Source: Candidatus Saccharimonadota bacterium
GTDB lineage: Bacteria > Patescibacteriota > Patescibacteriia > 2-12-FULL-60-25
Assembly: GCA_016699205.1 (NCBI GenBank)
Contig: CP064964.1
Location: 30,001-62,000 of the forward strand
Length of the DNA stretch: 32,000 nucleotides
Direction of reading: 5' to 3'
In this document: positions 8,489-16,612 of the stretch, piece after piece
Layout of the letters: the number at the start of each line of letters is the position of its first letter
Position numbering within the stretch: position 1 is the stretch's first letter
Notes under the pieces: generated by a model
What the model was told of the DNA's origin: nothing
Seen by the model: the letters and a program-made list of their open reading frames with translations, nothing else
The model's database searches: none
Program-made: the position numbers and the translations under genes

Positions 8489-8526
8489 GGGGCCCGGTCG
8501 ACATCTGTCGATCGGGCCCCTTCGTT
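8489..8526 (+). terminator. Strong GC-rich hairpin terminator after the vWA gene
   Basis: 14-bp stem ggggcccggtcgac / gtcgatcgggcccc (one G.U pair) with loop atct, followed by ttcgtt. Confidence 0.65.
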
Positions 8527-8532
8527 ATCCTC

Positions 8533-8560
8533 TTGATTTTTGGCTAGGATTTAGTATTAT
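8533..8560 (+). promoter_or_regulatory. Sigma-70-type promoter for tRNA-Lys
   Basis: TTGATT, a 16-nt spacer, then TATTAT. The -10 box ends 14 nt upstream of the mature tRNA 5' end. Confidence 0.5.
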
Positions 8561-8574
8561 TCTGTCACTTTAAT

Positions 8575-8650
8575 GGGACTGTAGCTCAGCTGGTAGAGCA
8601 GTGGCCTTTTAAGCCAACGGTCGCGGGTTCAATCCCCGCCGGTCCCACCA
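8575..8650 (+). tRNA. tRNA-Lys (anticodon UUU), CCA encoded
   Basis: Manual cloverleaf: acceptor gggactg/cggtccc, D arm gctc-agctggta-gagc, anticodon arm gtggc-CTTTTAA-gccaa, T arm gcggg-ttcaatc-cccgc, discriminator A, CCA. Confidence 0.93.
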
Positions 8651-8653
8651 TTG

Positions 8654-8681
8654 AAAAACACTCGCAAGACGAGTGTTTTTT
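8654..8681 (+). terminator. Intrinsic terminator after tRNA-Lys
   Basis: Stem acactcg / cgagtgt with a 5-nt loop, flanked by an upstream A-run and the downstream tttttt. Confidence 0.7.
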
Positions 8682-8685
8682 CGTT

Positions 8686-9816
8686 ATGCTAGCGACATTC
8701 ATGCGCGTCCACATGATTGGTGCCAAAGGCATTCCGTCCGACTCTGTCCCAGGAGCCGGCGGTGTTGAGCGACATGTGGAACAAATAGCGACGCGTTTGG
8801 CGGAGCACGGCCATCGCGTCAGTGTTTATATCCGTAAGTATTCGGATTATAAAAAACATACATGGAATAGCGTACGCCTGATTCGCATCCCTTCCTTTCG
8901 ATCCAAAAATTTGGATACGATTTCTCACGTTTTTTTATCGACCTTGCATGTGTTGTTTCAGGAGACCGATATCATCCACTATCATGGCGTCGGACCATCG
9001 ACGATGGCGTGGATTCCTCGCGTCTTCAAGCCAAAGGTAAAAGTTGTTTGTACATTTCACAGTCGTGATTGGTTTGATTCCAAATGGGGTTGGTTCGCAA
9101 AGAGTTATTTGAAATTTGGCGAATGGGCAGCGGTGCATTTTCCGCATCGCACGATCGTGATCTCGCACACGCTGCAGGTTTGGTGCAGAAATAAATGGAA
9201 GAAGCAGACGGATTATATTCCGAATGGTGCCGATCTTCTTGGACCGCAGGGCGCATCGGAGCTGCAGCGTTTTGGATTGGTGCCAGGCCAATATTTTTTG
9301 GGCGTTGGCCGATTGGTTCCTAATAAAGCATATGAAGTGGCGATTGAAGCGTATCGTCACGTGAAGAGCGATTTTCCTTTGGTGATTGTTGGTGAGTCAT
9401 TCCACTCGACCGAGTATGATCATCGGCTTCGGAATTTAGCCGAGCGCGATTTACGCGTGCGTCTGATCGGTTATCAGAGCGGGACGGTGCTGCGTCAGCT
9501 ATTTGCTAATTGCTATGCGTTTATTCATCCATCGCGAGCAGAAGGTTTGTCGGTGACGATTATCGAGGCGATGGCGGCAGGCAAGGTTGTTATCATGTCC
9601 GATATTAAGGAGAACCTCGAGCTGATCGATCACAGCGGTATTTCCTTCAAGACCGATGATCGGGATGAGCTAAAGACGGCAATCGAGCTTGTTTTGGAAG
9701 ATCCGGTAATGGTTGAGGAGCGTGGTAAGCGCGGCCGAGAAATGGTGAAGAAAGAGTATTCTTGGGCAAGGGTCGTCGACAAATTGGAGAAATTGTATAA
9801 GGATGTGCGACAATGA
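8686..9816 (+). CDS. Family 4 (GT-B) glycosyltransferase
   Basis: C-terminal GT4 E-x7-E region: FIHPSRAEGLSVTIIEAMAAGKVVIMSD. The N-terminus has GGVERHVEQIATRLAEHGHRV. The ATG at 8701 (MRVHMIGAKG) is an alternative start. Confidence 0.85.
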   Translation: MLATFMRVHMIGAKGIPSDSVPGAGGVERHVEQIATRLAEHGHRVSVYIRKYSDYKKHTWNSVRLIRIPSFRSKNLDTISHVFLSTLHVLFQETDIIHYHGVGPSTMAWIPRVFKPKVKVVCTFHSRDWFDSKWGWFAKSYLKFGEWAAVHFPHRTIVISHTLQVWCRNKWKKQTDYIPNGADLLGPQGASELQRFGLVPGQYFLGVGRLVPNKAYEVAIEAYRHVKSDFPLVIVGESFHSTEYDHRLRNLAERDLRVRLIGYQSGTVLRQLFANCYAFIHPSRAEGLSVTIIEAMAAGKVVIMSDIKENLELIDHSGISFKTDDRDELKTAIELVLEDPVMVEERGKRGREMVKKEYSWARVVDKLEKLYKDVRQ

Positions 9817-11111
9817 ATGTTTTGATTCTCGGATTGGGACAATATCCTAAGGGAAGCGGCGTGGCCGCTGCCTTGCATTTCGCGAAGGCGGGAGATCAGG
9901 TGATTGCGACAGATCTCAAGACCAAGTCGCAGCTCGCAGATAATGTGAAGCAGCTTTCACGTTTCAAGAATGTTCGATTCAAGCTGGGAAAGCATGATCC
10001 TAAGGATATTGAATGGGCGCATTTGATCGTGCGCGGACCGAGTGTGCGGGATTCATCGAAAGAGATGAAGTTGGCGCGTAAGCTGGGTAAATCGGTAACG
10101 AGCGATTTGGCTTTGTTTTTGGAGGCTTGTCCTTGTCCGGTGATCGGTATTACGGGAACGCGCGGTAAGAGCACGACGACCGCGATGATTCACGAAGTAT
10201 TGTGGTCGTCCAAGAAATGGCGAGAGGTTTGGTTAGGAGGAAATATTTTAGTATCGCCACTGACGTTTTTGTCTCAGGTAAAGCCTAATGATTTGGTTGT
10301 GTTGGAGATGAGCAGCTTCCAGTTGGAAGGAACGGGCGATGCTGGCATTTCTCCGCATATTGCTGTTTGGACCAATTTGATGCGGGACCATTTGAATATG
10401 TACCCTTCGATGGTCGAGTATGCGGAGGCCAAGGCGCAGATTTTCCGGCATCAAGACGCGGATGATCTTGTCTTTTTTCCGACAGATACATCTTTTGATG
10501 AATATGCAAAAGAAGCTGCCGGAAATGTTGTACGCGTAAAGAAGGAGAAATTCGCGTTATCGATTCCGGGAGAGCATAACCAGATGAATGCGAGTTTTGC
10601 GGCTGCGGTTGCCAAGAAATTGGGTGTTTCGTCGAGCGTTATCAAGACTTCATTGAAGAAGTTTAAAGGTTTGCCTAATCGCATCGAAACGATTGGTATC
10701 AAGGGAGGCGTGACTTTTGTGAATGACACGACGGCGACGACGCCGGATGGAACGATGGCGGCTTTGAATGCGTATCCTGCAACAAAAGATCGATTGGTGC
10801 ATTTGATTTTTGGCGGTGCTGATAAGGAACTAGATTTTGAAGAAGTCACCAAGCTTTTGAAGAAGCGCTACGACGTTGGTGTATATCTTTTGGCAGGCAC
10901 GGCGCATAAAAAGATCGAGAAACTCTTTAAGAAGCATGATATTTGTTCTATCGATTGTGCTGATATGGATGCCGTGTTTGTCGAATTAAAAAAATATACC
11001 GAGAAAGGGGATTTGGTTTTACTTTCTCCTGGCTGTGCGAGTTTCGGATTGTTTAAGAATGAGTATGATCGCGGAGAAGAGTTTGTGAAACGCGTGAAAA
11101 AATGGAAATGA
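9813..11111 (+). CDS. murD: UDP-N-acetylmuramoylalanine--D-glutamate ligase
   Basis: Mur ligase P-loop VIGITGTRGKSTTTAMI, NDTTATTPDGTMAAL, and an N-terminal Rossmann-like domain typical of MurD. ATGA overlap with the upstream gene. Confidence 0.85.
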   Translation: MNVLILGLGQYPKGSGVAAALHFAKAGDQVIATDLKTKSQLADNVKQLSRFKNVRFKLGKHDPKDIEWAHLIVRGPSVRDSSKEMKLARKLGKSVTSDLALFLEACPCPVIGITGTRGKSTTTAMIHEVLWSSKKWREVWLGGNILVSPLTFLSQVKPNDLVVLEMSSFQLEGTGDAGISPHIAVWTNLMRDHLNMYPSMVEYAEAKAQIFRHQDADDLVFFPTDTSFDEYAKEAAGNVVRVKKEKFALSIPGEHNQMNASFAAAVAKKLGVSSSVIKTSLKKFKGLPNRIETIGIKGGVTFVNDTTATTPDGTMAALNAYPATKDRLVHLIFGGADKELDFEEVTKLLKKRYDVGVYLLAGTAHKKIEKLFKKHDICSIDCADMDAVFVELKKYTEKGDLVLLSPGCASFGLFKNEYDRGEEFVKRVKKWK

Positions 11112-11113
11112 TT

Positions 11114-11194
11114 TGTCATTGCGAGGAACGAAGCAATCTTGATCCGGGCCTGAGGGCTCAGGATTGCTTCGTCGTCGGACTCCTCGCAATGACA
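11114..11194 (+). repeat. 81-nt palindromic (REP/MITE-like) element, full copy
   Basis: The left arm tgtcattgcgaggaacgaagcaatc (11114-11138) is the reverse complement of the right arm gattgcttcgt[cgtcggac]tcctcgcaatgaca (11162-11194), apart from an 8-nt bulge. The loop holds an inner inverted repeat, cctgag..ctcagg. The element starts 3 nt after the murD stop, so it probably also acts as a terminator. Confidence 0.8.
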
Positions 11195-11202
11195 ATAAAT
11201 GT

Positions 11203-11931
11203 ATGAGATCTATTTTTGGCGTGCCGATTGAAGGCTGGACCATGCCGACGGCCGTTGAGTATATCGAACAAGCTGGAAAATCGGTTTGGGTGGTGACGGC
11301 GAATCCGGAGATTTTACTAGAAGCGCGACGTGATCGATCTTATGGGGATGTACTGCGTAAAGCGGATGTCCGATTGGTTGATGGATTTGGATTGTGGCTT
11401 GCGACGTTTTGCCGGACGAAGCGTGTGACAGGCGTCGAGTTCGCTGAACGACTGTTACAGCTTGCGCATGACAAGAAGTGGCGCGTTGGTTTGTTTGGCG
11501 GAATGGATGGAGAGGCGGAAGCATCTTTACCCGATATCAAGCGCGCCTATCCGGATCTATCGATTATGGCTGAGCAAGGCGGCAGCGTATCGACGACAGG
11601 TGAAGAGGACGATGCGACGGAAGAGGCGCGCGGACGGATGATCCAGTTTAGTCCGCAGGTTTTATTGGTTGCGATGGGGCATCCGCGTCAAGAGACTTGG
11701 ATCGCTCAGCATCAAAACGATTTTCCTGAGTTGAAAGCTGTTGTCGGTGTTGGCGGGACATTGATGTTTTGGAGCGGGAAATCCAAGCGCGCCCCCCATG
11801 TGATGCGCTCTTTTGGGCTGGAGTGGCTCTGGAGATTGATTGTTGAGCCATATCGCTGGAAGCGCATCTTCCGTGCTGTGATCGTTTTTCCGATATTGGC
11901 TGCCGTCGACAAACTGCGGAAGCTGGGCTAG
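11203..11931 (+). CDS. WecB/TagA/CpsF-family glycosyltransferase
   Basis: FGVPIEGWTM, VRLVDGFGLWLA, GVGGTLMFWSGKSKRAP and GLEWLWRLIVEPYRWKR are typical of the family. I prefer the ATG at 11203, because the longer ORF from 11164 starts inside the palindromic repeat. Confidence 0.85.
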   Translation: MRSIFGVPIEGWTMPTAVEYIEQAGKSVWVVTANPEILLEARRDRSYGDVLRKADVRLVDGFGLWLATFCRTKRVTGVEFAERLLQLAHDKKWRVGLFGGMDGEAEASLPDIKRAYPDLSIMAEQGGSVSTTGEEDDATEEARGRMIQFSPQVLLVAMGHPRQETWIAQHQNDFPELKAVVGVGGTLMFWSGKSKRAPHVMRSFGLEWLWRLIVEPYRWKRIFRAVIVFPILAAVDKLRKLG

Positions 11932-11944
11932 GCTTAGCAAAACT

Positions 11945-13408
11945 ATGGCTTCTCCTGTACGCGTCCGTTTTGCCCCAAGTCCGACCGGGTATTTGCATAT
12001 CGGCGGCTTGCGATCGGCACTCTATAACTGGTTGTTTGCGCGCCGACATGGCGGGACATTTATTTTGCGCGTCGAGGATACGGATCGCTCTCGTTATGTT
12101 GAGGGTGCGATCGAGAATTTGTACCGATCGCTTGCGGCTTGCGGATTGACTCCGGACGAAGGCGTCGCTGTTGAGGGTGCGAATATTGTCGACAAGGGAA
12201 TGTATGGACCGTATTTGCAATCAGCGCGTCGTGAGAAGCATTTGGCTTACGCATATGAGCTGATAGAGAAAGATGCTGCCTATTATTGTTTTTGTACGGC
12301 GGAGCGTCTTGATGAGGTGCGTAAGCAGCAGCAATTGTTGAAACAACCGATCATGTATGACCGTCATTGCCGATCGCTGTCCAAGGTTGAGGCGGAGAAT
12401 CGTGCGGCTGTTGGTGATGAGCATGTTATCCGATTGAAAGTTCCGACGGAGGGCGCGATCAAGATGCATGACTTGATTCGTGGTGATGTTGAGATTCCTT
12501 GGGCTCAGGTCGATGATCAGGTCATCATCAAGTCTGATGGATTTCCGACGTATCATTTAGCGGCAACTTGTGATGATCATGATATGGAAATCACCCATGT
12601 CATTCGTGGCGAGGAGTGGCTTTCCAGTTTGCCAAAGCATTTGTTTATTTTTGAGACCATGGGTTGGAAGTCTCCGGAATATTCGCATTTGCCTTTGCTT
12701 TTGAATGCCGATCGATCCAAGTTGTCCAAACGACAAGGTGATGTGGCGGTTGAAGATTATCTTTCCAAGGGTTATTTGCCGGAAGCGCTGATCAACTTTG
12801 TGGCTTTACTTGGTTGGAATCCGACATCGGATCGTGAAGTGTATGAAAAGGAAGAGTTGGCTACGCTTTTTGAGATTTCCAAGGTGAATAAGAGCGGTGC
12901 TGTGTTCAATACGGAGAAACTTGATTGGTTGAACGCCCACTATATTAAAGCATTGCCTGTCGAGGATTATCTTGAGCGATTGCGTAAGGGCGGGTTTTTG
13001 CCGGAAGGAATTTTGGCGGAACGCGCTGCACATATCGTACGCGATCGTTTGGCGAAATTATCGGATGCTCCAGAGGCGATTCGCGAGACGATCGAATTAG
13101 GACCGTATACATCGCCAATGCTGGTTTGGAAGAAATCCAACCCGGAAGAAGCAAAAGAGCGATTGGTAGCGATGCGCGAGTATCTTTTGTCCAAAGATGA
13201 GGCTTGGTTTGGTGATGTGGCCAAGATGGAAGAGGAGACGCGTGCTTGGATCGCAGAAAAAGGCTGGGGGAATGGCGATACGTTGTGGCCGCTGCGTGTC
13301 GCTTTGTCTGGACGCGAGAAATCGCCGAGCCCGTTTGAATTGCTGTTTGTTACCGGAAAAGACATGGGTTTGGTACGTCTCGACGCGGGTTTGCAAAAAA
13401 TGGCATAA
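11945..13408 (+). CDS. gltX: Glutamate--tRNA ligase
   Basis: Class I signatures PSPTGYLHIGGLRSALYNW (HIGH) and KLSKRQG (KMSKS). Confidence 0.93.
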   Translation: MASPVRVRFAPSPTGYLHIGGLRSALYNWLFARRHGGTFILRVEDTDRSRYVEGAIENLYRSLAACGLTPDEGVAVEGANIVDKGMYGPYLQSARREKHLAYAYELIEKDAAYYCFCTAERLDEVRKQQQLLKQPIMYDRHCRSLSKVEAENRAAVGDEHVIRLKVPTEGAIKMHDLIRGDVEIPWAQVDDQVIIKSDGFPTYHLAATCDDHDMEITHVIRGEEWLSSLPKHLFIFETMGWKSPEYSHLPLLLNADRSKLSKRQGDVAVEDYLSKGYLPEALINFVALLGWNPTSDREVYEKEELATLFEISKVNKSGAVFNTEKLDWLNAHYIKALPVEDYLERLRKGGFLPEGILAERAAHIVRDRLAKLSDAPEAIRETIELGPYTSPMLVWKKSNPEEAKERLVAMREYLLSKDEAWFGDVAKMEEETRAWIAEKGWGNGDTLWPLRVALSGREKSPSPFELLFVTGKDMGLVRLDAGLQKMA

Positions 13409-13416
13409 TAGCTGGC

Positions 13417-14631
13417 GTGAAGTTTCGTCATCTTGTCGCCGGATTGAATATCGTGGCACTGCTTGTGCCGGGACTTGCTATTGCGCAGGAGGATGGAACG
13501 ATTAAAACGGAGATTGATGCGCTGAATTCCCAGGTTAAACAGAAGGAGAGACGTATTAAGGAAATTGACGGCGTGATCGGAAAATATCGATCCCGTATCG
13601 AGGAGCAGAATGCGGCACAGTCGTCTTTGCAAAATCAACTCGCGCTTTTGGAAAATCGTATTCTTGAGAAGGAGCTGGCTATTGAACGTACGCGTAGTCA
13701 GATCGATTTGGCCACGCTTGAATTGCAGCGTTTGAAAGTCCAGATTACATCCGAGGAACAGCGTTTGCAGCGACGACGCGATGCTCTCGCCGGAGTTATC
13801 GCGGAAATGCAGGATGCGCAGAGCGTTGGATTGCTTGAGTCGTTTGTGGCGCGGCAATCGCTCTCGGAATTTTTTACGCGCATGGATGAGCTTTCGCGCG
13901 TGGAAGGTGATCTGACAAACGCGACAGAGGCGGTGCGTGAATTGAAGGCCGGATTGGAAGCAAAACAAAAAGAGACCGAGCAGTATCGCGCTTCTTTGCA
14001 GAGCCAGCAGACGGAGCTGCAAAAAGAACAGGAGAATCTTGAGTCCGATCAAGGTGCCAAATCATCGCTGCTGGCAGAGACGCAGGATAAAGAGACGGAG
14101 TTCCAGCGTATTTTGTTTGAACTCCGCCAGCAGAAGCAGGAAGAAGCCAATGATGCGGCGCGTTTGGAAGATCAGCTGAAAGATAAACTTGATGATATTG
14201 ATAAGGCGTTAGCGCGGGGCGATGTTTTGCTGAATTGGCCTTTATCGGCCAAGCGCATCTCAGCGACATTCCATGATCCGAGTTACCCGTTCCGGAAATT
14301 GTTTGAGCATCCGGGAATCGATTTGCCGGCGCCAGTGAATACGCCGATCAGGGCGGCGGCAGGCGGCTATATCGCGTTTAATAGAACGGGAACGCAGTAT
14401 GGAAACTACATCATGGTTATTCATCCGGGCGGAATCTCGACGGTGTATGCGCACTTAAAGAGCTTTGTAGCAAAACCGGATACGTATGTTGAACGCGGAG
14501 ATATTATCGGTTATTCGGGTGGAAGGCCGGGAGACCAGGGCGCGGGATTATCGACAGGTCCTCACTTGCATTTTGAGGTGCGTCAGAATGGTATTCCGGT
14601 AGACCCGCAGCAATTCTTGCCAGACCTATAG
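13417..14631 (+). CDS. Coiled-coil M23 family metallopeptidase (EnvC-like murein hydrolase or activator)
   Basis: N-terminal signal/anchor, a long Q/E/L-rich coiled coil, and a C-terminal M23 domain with HPGIDL (HxxxD) and GPHLHFEV (HxH). GTG start. Confidence 0.88.
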   Translation: MKFRHLVAGLNIVALLVPGLAIAQEDGTIKTEIDALNSQVKQKERRIKEIDGVIGKYRSRIEEQNAAQSSLQNQLALLENRILEKELAIERTRSQIDLATLELQRLKVQITSEEQRLQRRRDALAGVIAEMQDAQSVGLLESFVARQSLSEFFTRMDELSRVEGDLTNATEAVRELKAGLEAKQKETEQYRASLQSQQTELQKEQENLESDQGAKSSLLAETQDKETEFQRILFELRQQKQEEANDAARLEDQLKDKLDDIDKALARGDVLLNWPLSAKRISATFHDPSYPFRKLFEHPGIDLPAPVNTPIRAAAGGYIAFNRTGTQYGNYIMVIHPGGISTVYAHLKSFVAKPDTYVERGDIIGYSGGRPGDQGAGLSTGPHLHFEVRQNGIPVDPQQFLPDL

Positions 14632-14640
14632 AAACAGTAG

Positions 14641-14664
14641 AACCCCGCCAGAGATGGCGGGGTT
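14641..14664. terminator. Bidirectional hairpin terminator
   Basis: Stem aaccccgcc / ggcggggtt with a 6-nt loop, between the M23 stop (14631) and the stop of the minus-strand HEAT gene (14671). Confidence 0.6.
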
Positions 14665-14670
14665 CGTCGT

Positions 14671-15141
14671 TCAGTTGATTGAGCGAGGATCGATATCTTC
14701 TCGCAAGTTTTTCTTTTTGAGGCTCTTTTCTGCCGTTGCCCTGACTTGTTCGTCAGGATCGACGAGAAGGCGGATGAGCGTGTCGCGCGAGCTCGTTATC
14801 TGGGCGACCGTGAGACGCATGTCTGCAAACGGCGAGCCAGTGAGCTTGTTGCGGTCCGCGGGATCGAGACGGTTGGAGGCAATGCGGCGGATCTCGGCCA
14901 CCTTCTCGTTCATTGCCAACTTGAGGTAGAAGGCATATTCTTCACCCGTTGTTTTACGAATGTCGTAGGTGTCGAGTTTCTCCATTGCGGCGAGTCGTGC
15001 GTCCAGGAAGTCGCATTCCAGCACGAGTCGCATGAGTAGGCCTTTGCGTACGATCTTGGTGATCGCTTCTTTGCGCTTCTCCTCCTTCACGTTCATCTTG
15101 GCGACCATGAAGGCTCGGAATTCCTTGTCACGACTCGGCAT
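14671..15141 (-). CDS. HEAT-repeat (PBS-lyase-type) protein, 156 aa
   Basis: HEAT-like units VAEIRRIASNRLDPADRN and LLVDPDEQVRATAEKSL. ATG preceded by AGGAGA 5 nt upstream. A counted line is 63% GC. Confidence 0.7.
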   Translation of the reverse strand: MPSRDKEFRAFMVAKMNVKEEKRKEAITKIVRKGLLMRLVLECDFLDARLAAMEKLDTYDIRKTTGEEYAFYLKLAMNEKVAEIRRIASNRLDPADRNKLTGSPFADMRLTVAQITSSRDTLIRLLVDPDEQVRATAEKSLKKKNLREDIDPRSIN

Positions 15142-15577
15142 GGGATTCTCCTGCGAGGAAGAGCCTGACGACGTCGTGAATGGTGTCGCGAGCTTCTTGC
15201 GCGCGCCTTCTGTCGTGCAGGGTTTGGATGGCTACGATGCAGACCGCAGGGTCGCGATCGCTGCGCGCGATGAGGATGCGCAGGTCGTCGCCGGTTGAAT
15301 CGATGTGTCCGAGTGCCGCAACGCGGATATACGGCACCTGGTCCGGATCGAGGGCAATGAGTTGCAATCTCAGTTGATTGCGAATCCTTGCTATCGCTTT
15401 GATGACGATGTCCTTGTGCTCCGAGTGCTTCCGGATAAAAGCGATGATGTCGCTATCATCTTTCAGTCCTTCGACGTTGGGCCGGATTCCGGTCTCCGTT
15501 TTCTCGGATTCCGGAAAAGGCTCGACGGAGTCACGGATGATGCGACGCAGTCGCGAGAAAAGGGAGTAGATTCCCAC
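15128..15577 (-). CDS. HEAT-repeat (PBS-lyase-type) protein, 149 aa
   Basis: Units LIALDPDQVPYIRVAALGHI and ARSDRDPAVCIVAIQTL. GTG start preceded by GGAGGA. It lies 24 nt downstream of dusB on the same strand and overlaps the next gene by 14 nt. Confidence 0.7.
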   Translation of the reverse strand: MGIYSLFSRLRRIIRDSVEPFPESEKTETGIRPNVEGLKDDSDIIAFIRKHSEHKDIVIKAIARIRNQLRLQLIALDPDQVPYIRVAALGHIDSTGDDLRILIARSDRDPAVCIVAIQTLHDRRRAQEARDTIHDVVRLFLAGESHAES

Positions 15578-15601
15578 GGGTTCCTCCAGGTTATCGCCGG
15601 T

Positions 15602-16591
15602 CTACGCTAACGCTAAATTGGCCCGTCCGTCAACCTGCGGTTCGTTGATCAACGCGAGCGCTTCATCAAGCTCGGCAAGGGTATTGATGCGGACTAATTT
15701 GGATTTTAGGTCACCAGTATTCATTCCCTTAAAGTACCATGGGAGATGTTTGCGGAGTTTTACAAGACCGCGCTCGCCGTAATGCTCGACTTGGAGACGC
15801 GCGTGTTTGCGGACTGTGCCGATGCGGTCTTGCATTGTGACTTCCGGAAGTTTTATGCCGGTTTTGAGATAGTGCTCGACTTGTTTGAAAAACCACGGAT
15901 TACCAAGACCGCCGCGTCCGATGAGAACGCCGTCTGCGCCGGCGATGTCCATCGCTTCACGGGCTAGTTCTGGCGTGACGATATCGCCATTCACGAGAAA
16001 AGGGAGATGGGCGACGTTTTTGCGAGCTTCACCGATGCGATGCCAGTTAGCTTTTCCAGAATAACCTTGCTCACGCGTGCGGCCGTGCATCGAGATCAGG
16101 TCGGCGCCGGCATCGGCTACGACTTTTACGAATTCCAAACAGTCGGTGTCTTGAATCCAGCCGAGGCGCGTTTTTACGGAGACGGGAATCGGAACAGCGG
16201 CTTTCATTTTGCGGACGATCTCGGCGGCACGATCCGGTTCTTTGATGAGAGCGGCTCCGTTGAAATTGGAAACAAGATTGTAAACGGGACAACCCATGTT
16301 GATGTCGAGGGCGTCGGGTTTGAAACGGTCGTAGATGATGCGGGCGGCTTCTGCCATCGTGTCTGGGTTAGCGCCGAAGATTTGCTGGACGAGGGGACGC
16401 TCGCGTTCATCAAAACTCGCCATCTTGAGTGTCTTGGGATTAAGACGTACGATGGCTTCCGAAGAGACCATTTCGCGGAACATCAAAGGCGTGCCTTCAT
16501 CTTTACAGACGAGACAAAAGGGGAGGTCCGACATGTCGGCCATGGGTGCCAAGGCGACGATGGGACGCGCGAGTTGCTTCCAGTCGAGCAT
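15602..16591 (-). CDS. dusB: tRNA-dihydrouridine synthase
   Basis: LAPMADMSDLPF, DINMGCPV (catalytic Cys region), HGRTREQGYSG. The 329-aa length is typical of the Dus family. Assigning it to the B subfamily is a guess. Confidence 0.88.
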   Translation of the reverse strand: MLDWKQLARPIVALAPMADMSDLPFCLVCKDEGTPLMFREMVSSEAIVRLNPKTLKMASFDERERPLVQQIFGANPDTMAEAARIIYDRFKPDALDINMGCPVYNLVSNFNGAALIKEPDRAAEIVRKMKAAVPIPVSVKTRLGWIQDTDCLEFVKVVADAGADLISMHGRTREQGYSGKANWHRIGEARKNVAHLPFLVNGDIVTPELAREAMDIAGADGVLIGRGGLGNPWFFKQVEHYLKTGIKLPEVTMQDRIGTVRKHARLQVEHYGERGLVKLRKHLPWYFKGMNTGDLKSKLVRINTLAELDEALALINEPQVDGRANLALA

Positions 16592-16612
16592 GGGGCGGAG
16601 TATACTTAAAAT

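Noticed and set aside
6387-8573. Long alternative-frame and antisense ORFs over the vWA gene: 6387-7769 (+, 460 aa), 6403-8031 (-, 542 aa), 7986-8573 (+, 195 aa), 6363-6893 (-) and others.
   Set aside because: Their translations are Arg/Gly/Asp/Glu/Pro-rich low-complexity strings, typical of off-frame reading of a high-GC3 gene. Only the 6406-8469 frame gives recognisable domain motifs and a good SD.
8575-8650. tRNA-Lys as the integration site (attB) of the vWA cassette.
   Set aside because: I could not find a duplicated copy of the tRNA 3' end on the far side of the cassette, and there is no integrase. The proximity is suggestive only.
712-11194. Treating the two 33-nt direct repeats as att-like borders of a 10.4-kb genomic island.
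   Set aside because: The interval contains the essential murD and a GT4 gene with backbone-like composition. It has no integrase or excisionase. The repeat looks like a dispersed REP/MITE-type hairpin rather than a duplicated tRNA or att core.
12967-14052. 361-aa minus-strand ORF antisense to gltX and the M23 peptidase gene.
   Set aside because: It overlaps two confidently identified plus-strand genes, and its translation is repetitive (L/R/Q/S/N-rich) with no motif. It is an antisense shadow of the coiled-coil codons.
14671-15577. Reading the two HEAT ORFs as a single frameshifted pseudogene.
   Set aside because: Each ORF has its own strong Shine-Dalgarno at proper spacing, and the 14-nt overlap is a normal coupling arrangement. 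I therefore annotated two genes, but comparison with homologues is still needed (see findings).
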